From: Ginglymostoma cirratum
Taxonomy: Eukaryota
Length of the DNA stretch: 64,000 bases
NCBI GenBank assembly: GCA_024137785.1
Contig: JAHRHZ010000002.1
Coordinates: forward strand, 10,829,263-10,893,262
Reading direction: 5' to 3'
The notes beneath the pieces were generated by a model that was given only the letters and a program-made list of their open reading frames with translations, ran no database searches and was not told where the DNA came from. This document shows, one piece after another, positions 62,345-64,000 of this stretch (its first letter is position 1; each line of letters starts with the position of its first letter). Made by a program: the position numbers and the translations under genes.

Positions 62345-63000
62345 CATCTTTTCTTGATTCTCTGAATGGGATGAGGCAAACTGAAATAAACATTAAGAAT
62401 GCATGCAAGATCTTTGGGTTTATAAATACAGGGACAAAGAATAAAACCACTTCTTCCAATCATTGGTCAGATCACATTTGGAGTATTGTGTTCAGGTCTG
62501 GTCAGCTTGCATAAGGGAGGATGTTAAAGACCTGGAGAGACTTCAAAGGCTGTTTACTGGAATGATACCAGGAATAAGGGATTTTAGATACAAGGAAAGA
62601 TTAGAGAGATTGGACCTAGCATCTTTGGAGCAGCAAAGATTAAGAGGTGACCTTATTGAGGCGATCAAGATTAAGATTAAGATTAAGTTTTGACAGTGTC
62701 AAGAAGGATATTCTGCTTCTACCAGTCAGTCAGTAGGTGTTGCAATTTTAAGACTGTCAGCGGGACAGTTAGGAGTGGGTTGAGGAGAAATTTCTTCACT
62801 CAGATTTGTTCGGGTTTAGAATGCACTACCTGGGAGAGTGGTGGAGACAGATTCCATGGGAGGTTTCAAAAGATATCTGGATATTTATTTGAAATTGATG
62901 ACTTTAGAGGGTTATGTGGATAATGCTGCAGAATGGGGCTAGCTGGGTAGATCTTTTGGGAGCTGGCAAAGACAGGATGGGTTGAATATCCTCCTCTAGA
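62345..63000 (+). mobile_element. CR1-type LINE 3' fragment
   Basis: VRSHLEYCVQVWS...RLRGDLIEAIKI in ORF 62463..62693. Confidence 0.85.
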
Positions 63001-64000
63001 ACATAAGATATAGGATCAGAATTAGGCCATTTGATCCACTGAGTCCACTCCACCATATAATCATAGCTACTATGTTTCTCAACCCTATTCTCCTGTCTTC
63101 TCCCTGTCACCCTCGATCCCCTTCGTAATCAAGAATCTATCTATCTTTGTCTTAAACAAACTCAATGACTTGGCCTCTACAACATTCTGGGGCAATCCAA
63201 TGTGCAGATTTAGCACTCTCTGGCTGAAGAAATTCTTCTTCCTCTCAGTTCGAAAAGGTTGTCCCTTCACTGTGAGCTTGTGCCCTCAGCTACGAGTCTC
63301 TCCTGGGAGTAGAAGCAACTTCTCCATGTCCAATGCATCCAGGCCTCTCAGTATTCTTTAAGTTTCAATCAGATCCTCCCCCTTGTCCTTCTAAGCACTA
63401 TCGCGTATAGAACAAGAGCCCTCAACTTCTCATCAGATGATGGGCCTTTCATCCCCAGGATCATTCTTGTCAACCTCTGGATCCTGTCCAAAACCATCAC
63501 ATCCGTCCTTAGATATTGGGACTAAGACAGCTCACAATATTCCAAGTGCAGTCTGACCAGAGTCTTATACATCTTCAGCAGTACATCCTTACTCTTGTAT
63601 TCTAGTCCTCTAGAAATGAATGCTCACACTGCATTTGCCTTCCTTACTACCAACTGAACCTGCGTGTTATCCTTAAGAGAATTCTGAACTAGTACTCCCA
63701 AGTCTCTTTGTGCCTTACTTTGCCTGGAAAATAGTCTACACCTCTATTCTTACTGCCTCAGTGCATAACCTCACACTCTCATGCTGTATTACATCTGCCA
63801 CTTCTTTGTTCACTCTCCTAACCTGGCCAAGTCTTTTTGCAGCCTTTCCATTTCCTCAATACTGCCTGTACATTCCACTTATCTTTATGTCACCTGCAAA
63901 TTTAGCAACAATGCCCTCAGTTGCTTAATTAAATTTGTTAATGTACAATGTCAACAGTTCTGGTTCCAATATTGACTCCTGTCGAACTCCACTAGCCACC
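63001..64000 (-). mobile_element. CR1-type LINE 3' fragment, tail-to-tail with the previous one, running off the window
   Basis: KGQPFRTERKKNFFSQRVLNL...VVEAKSLSLFKTKIDRFL in ORF 63085..63270. Confidence 0.85.

Noticed and set aside
1-64000. CRISPR arrays, rRNA, tRNA genes, prokaryotic operons
   Set aside because: None seen. The tRNA-like boxes belong to SINE heads and the sequence is intron-containing vertebrate DNA.

Overview
Eukaryotic, repeat-rich vertebrate genomic DNA. The repeat content (HE1-type SINEs, CR1/L2, Rex1/Babar, Tx1 and Penelope-like fragments) indicates a cartilaginous fish; this is an inference. Almost all ORFs in the track are chance or repeat-derived. The real content is a cluster of NKp30/NCR3-like, germline-joined VJ-type Ig-superfamily receptor genes undergoing birth and death. 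(1) An intact six-exon + strand gene at 25045-35205 (223 aa: leader, V domain, uncharged TM, tail with two ITIMs, VQYCAL and LQYCSL); every intron phase is consistent. (2) Its pseudogene twin at 47447-57830, made by a ~21 kb head-to-tail duplication (18303-39397 / 39398-60863) with a 4-bp GTCT junction microhomology. (3) In each unit, a relic V-J exon on the minus strand (20273-20460; 41121-41315), head-to-head with the + strand gene and absent from the ORF track. (4) The probable 3' exons of a further paralogue (3529-8362) whose ITIM-equivalent Tyr is replaced by Glu. Also seen: three locally templated insertions, near-identical patches suggesting gene conversion, ETS/RUNX/T-box motifs, and hammerhead-like cores in Penelope-like repeats. 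All alignments were done by eye and repeat boundaries are approximate.
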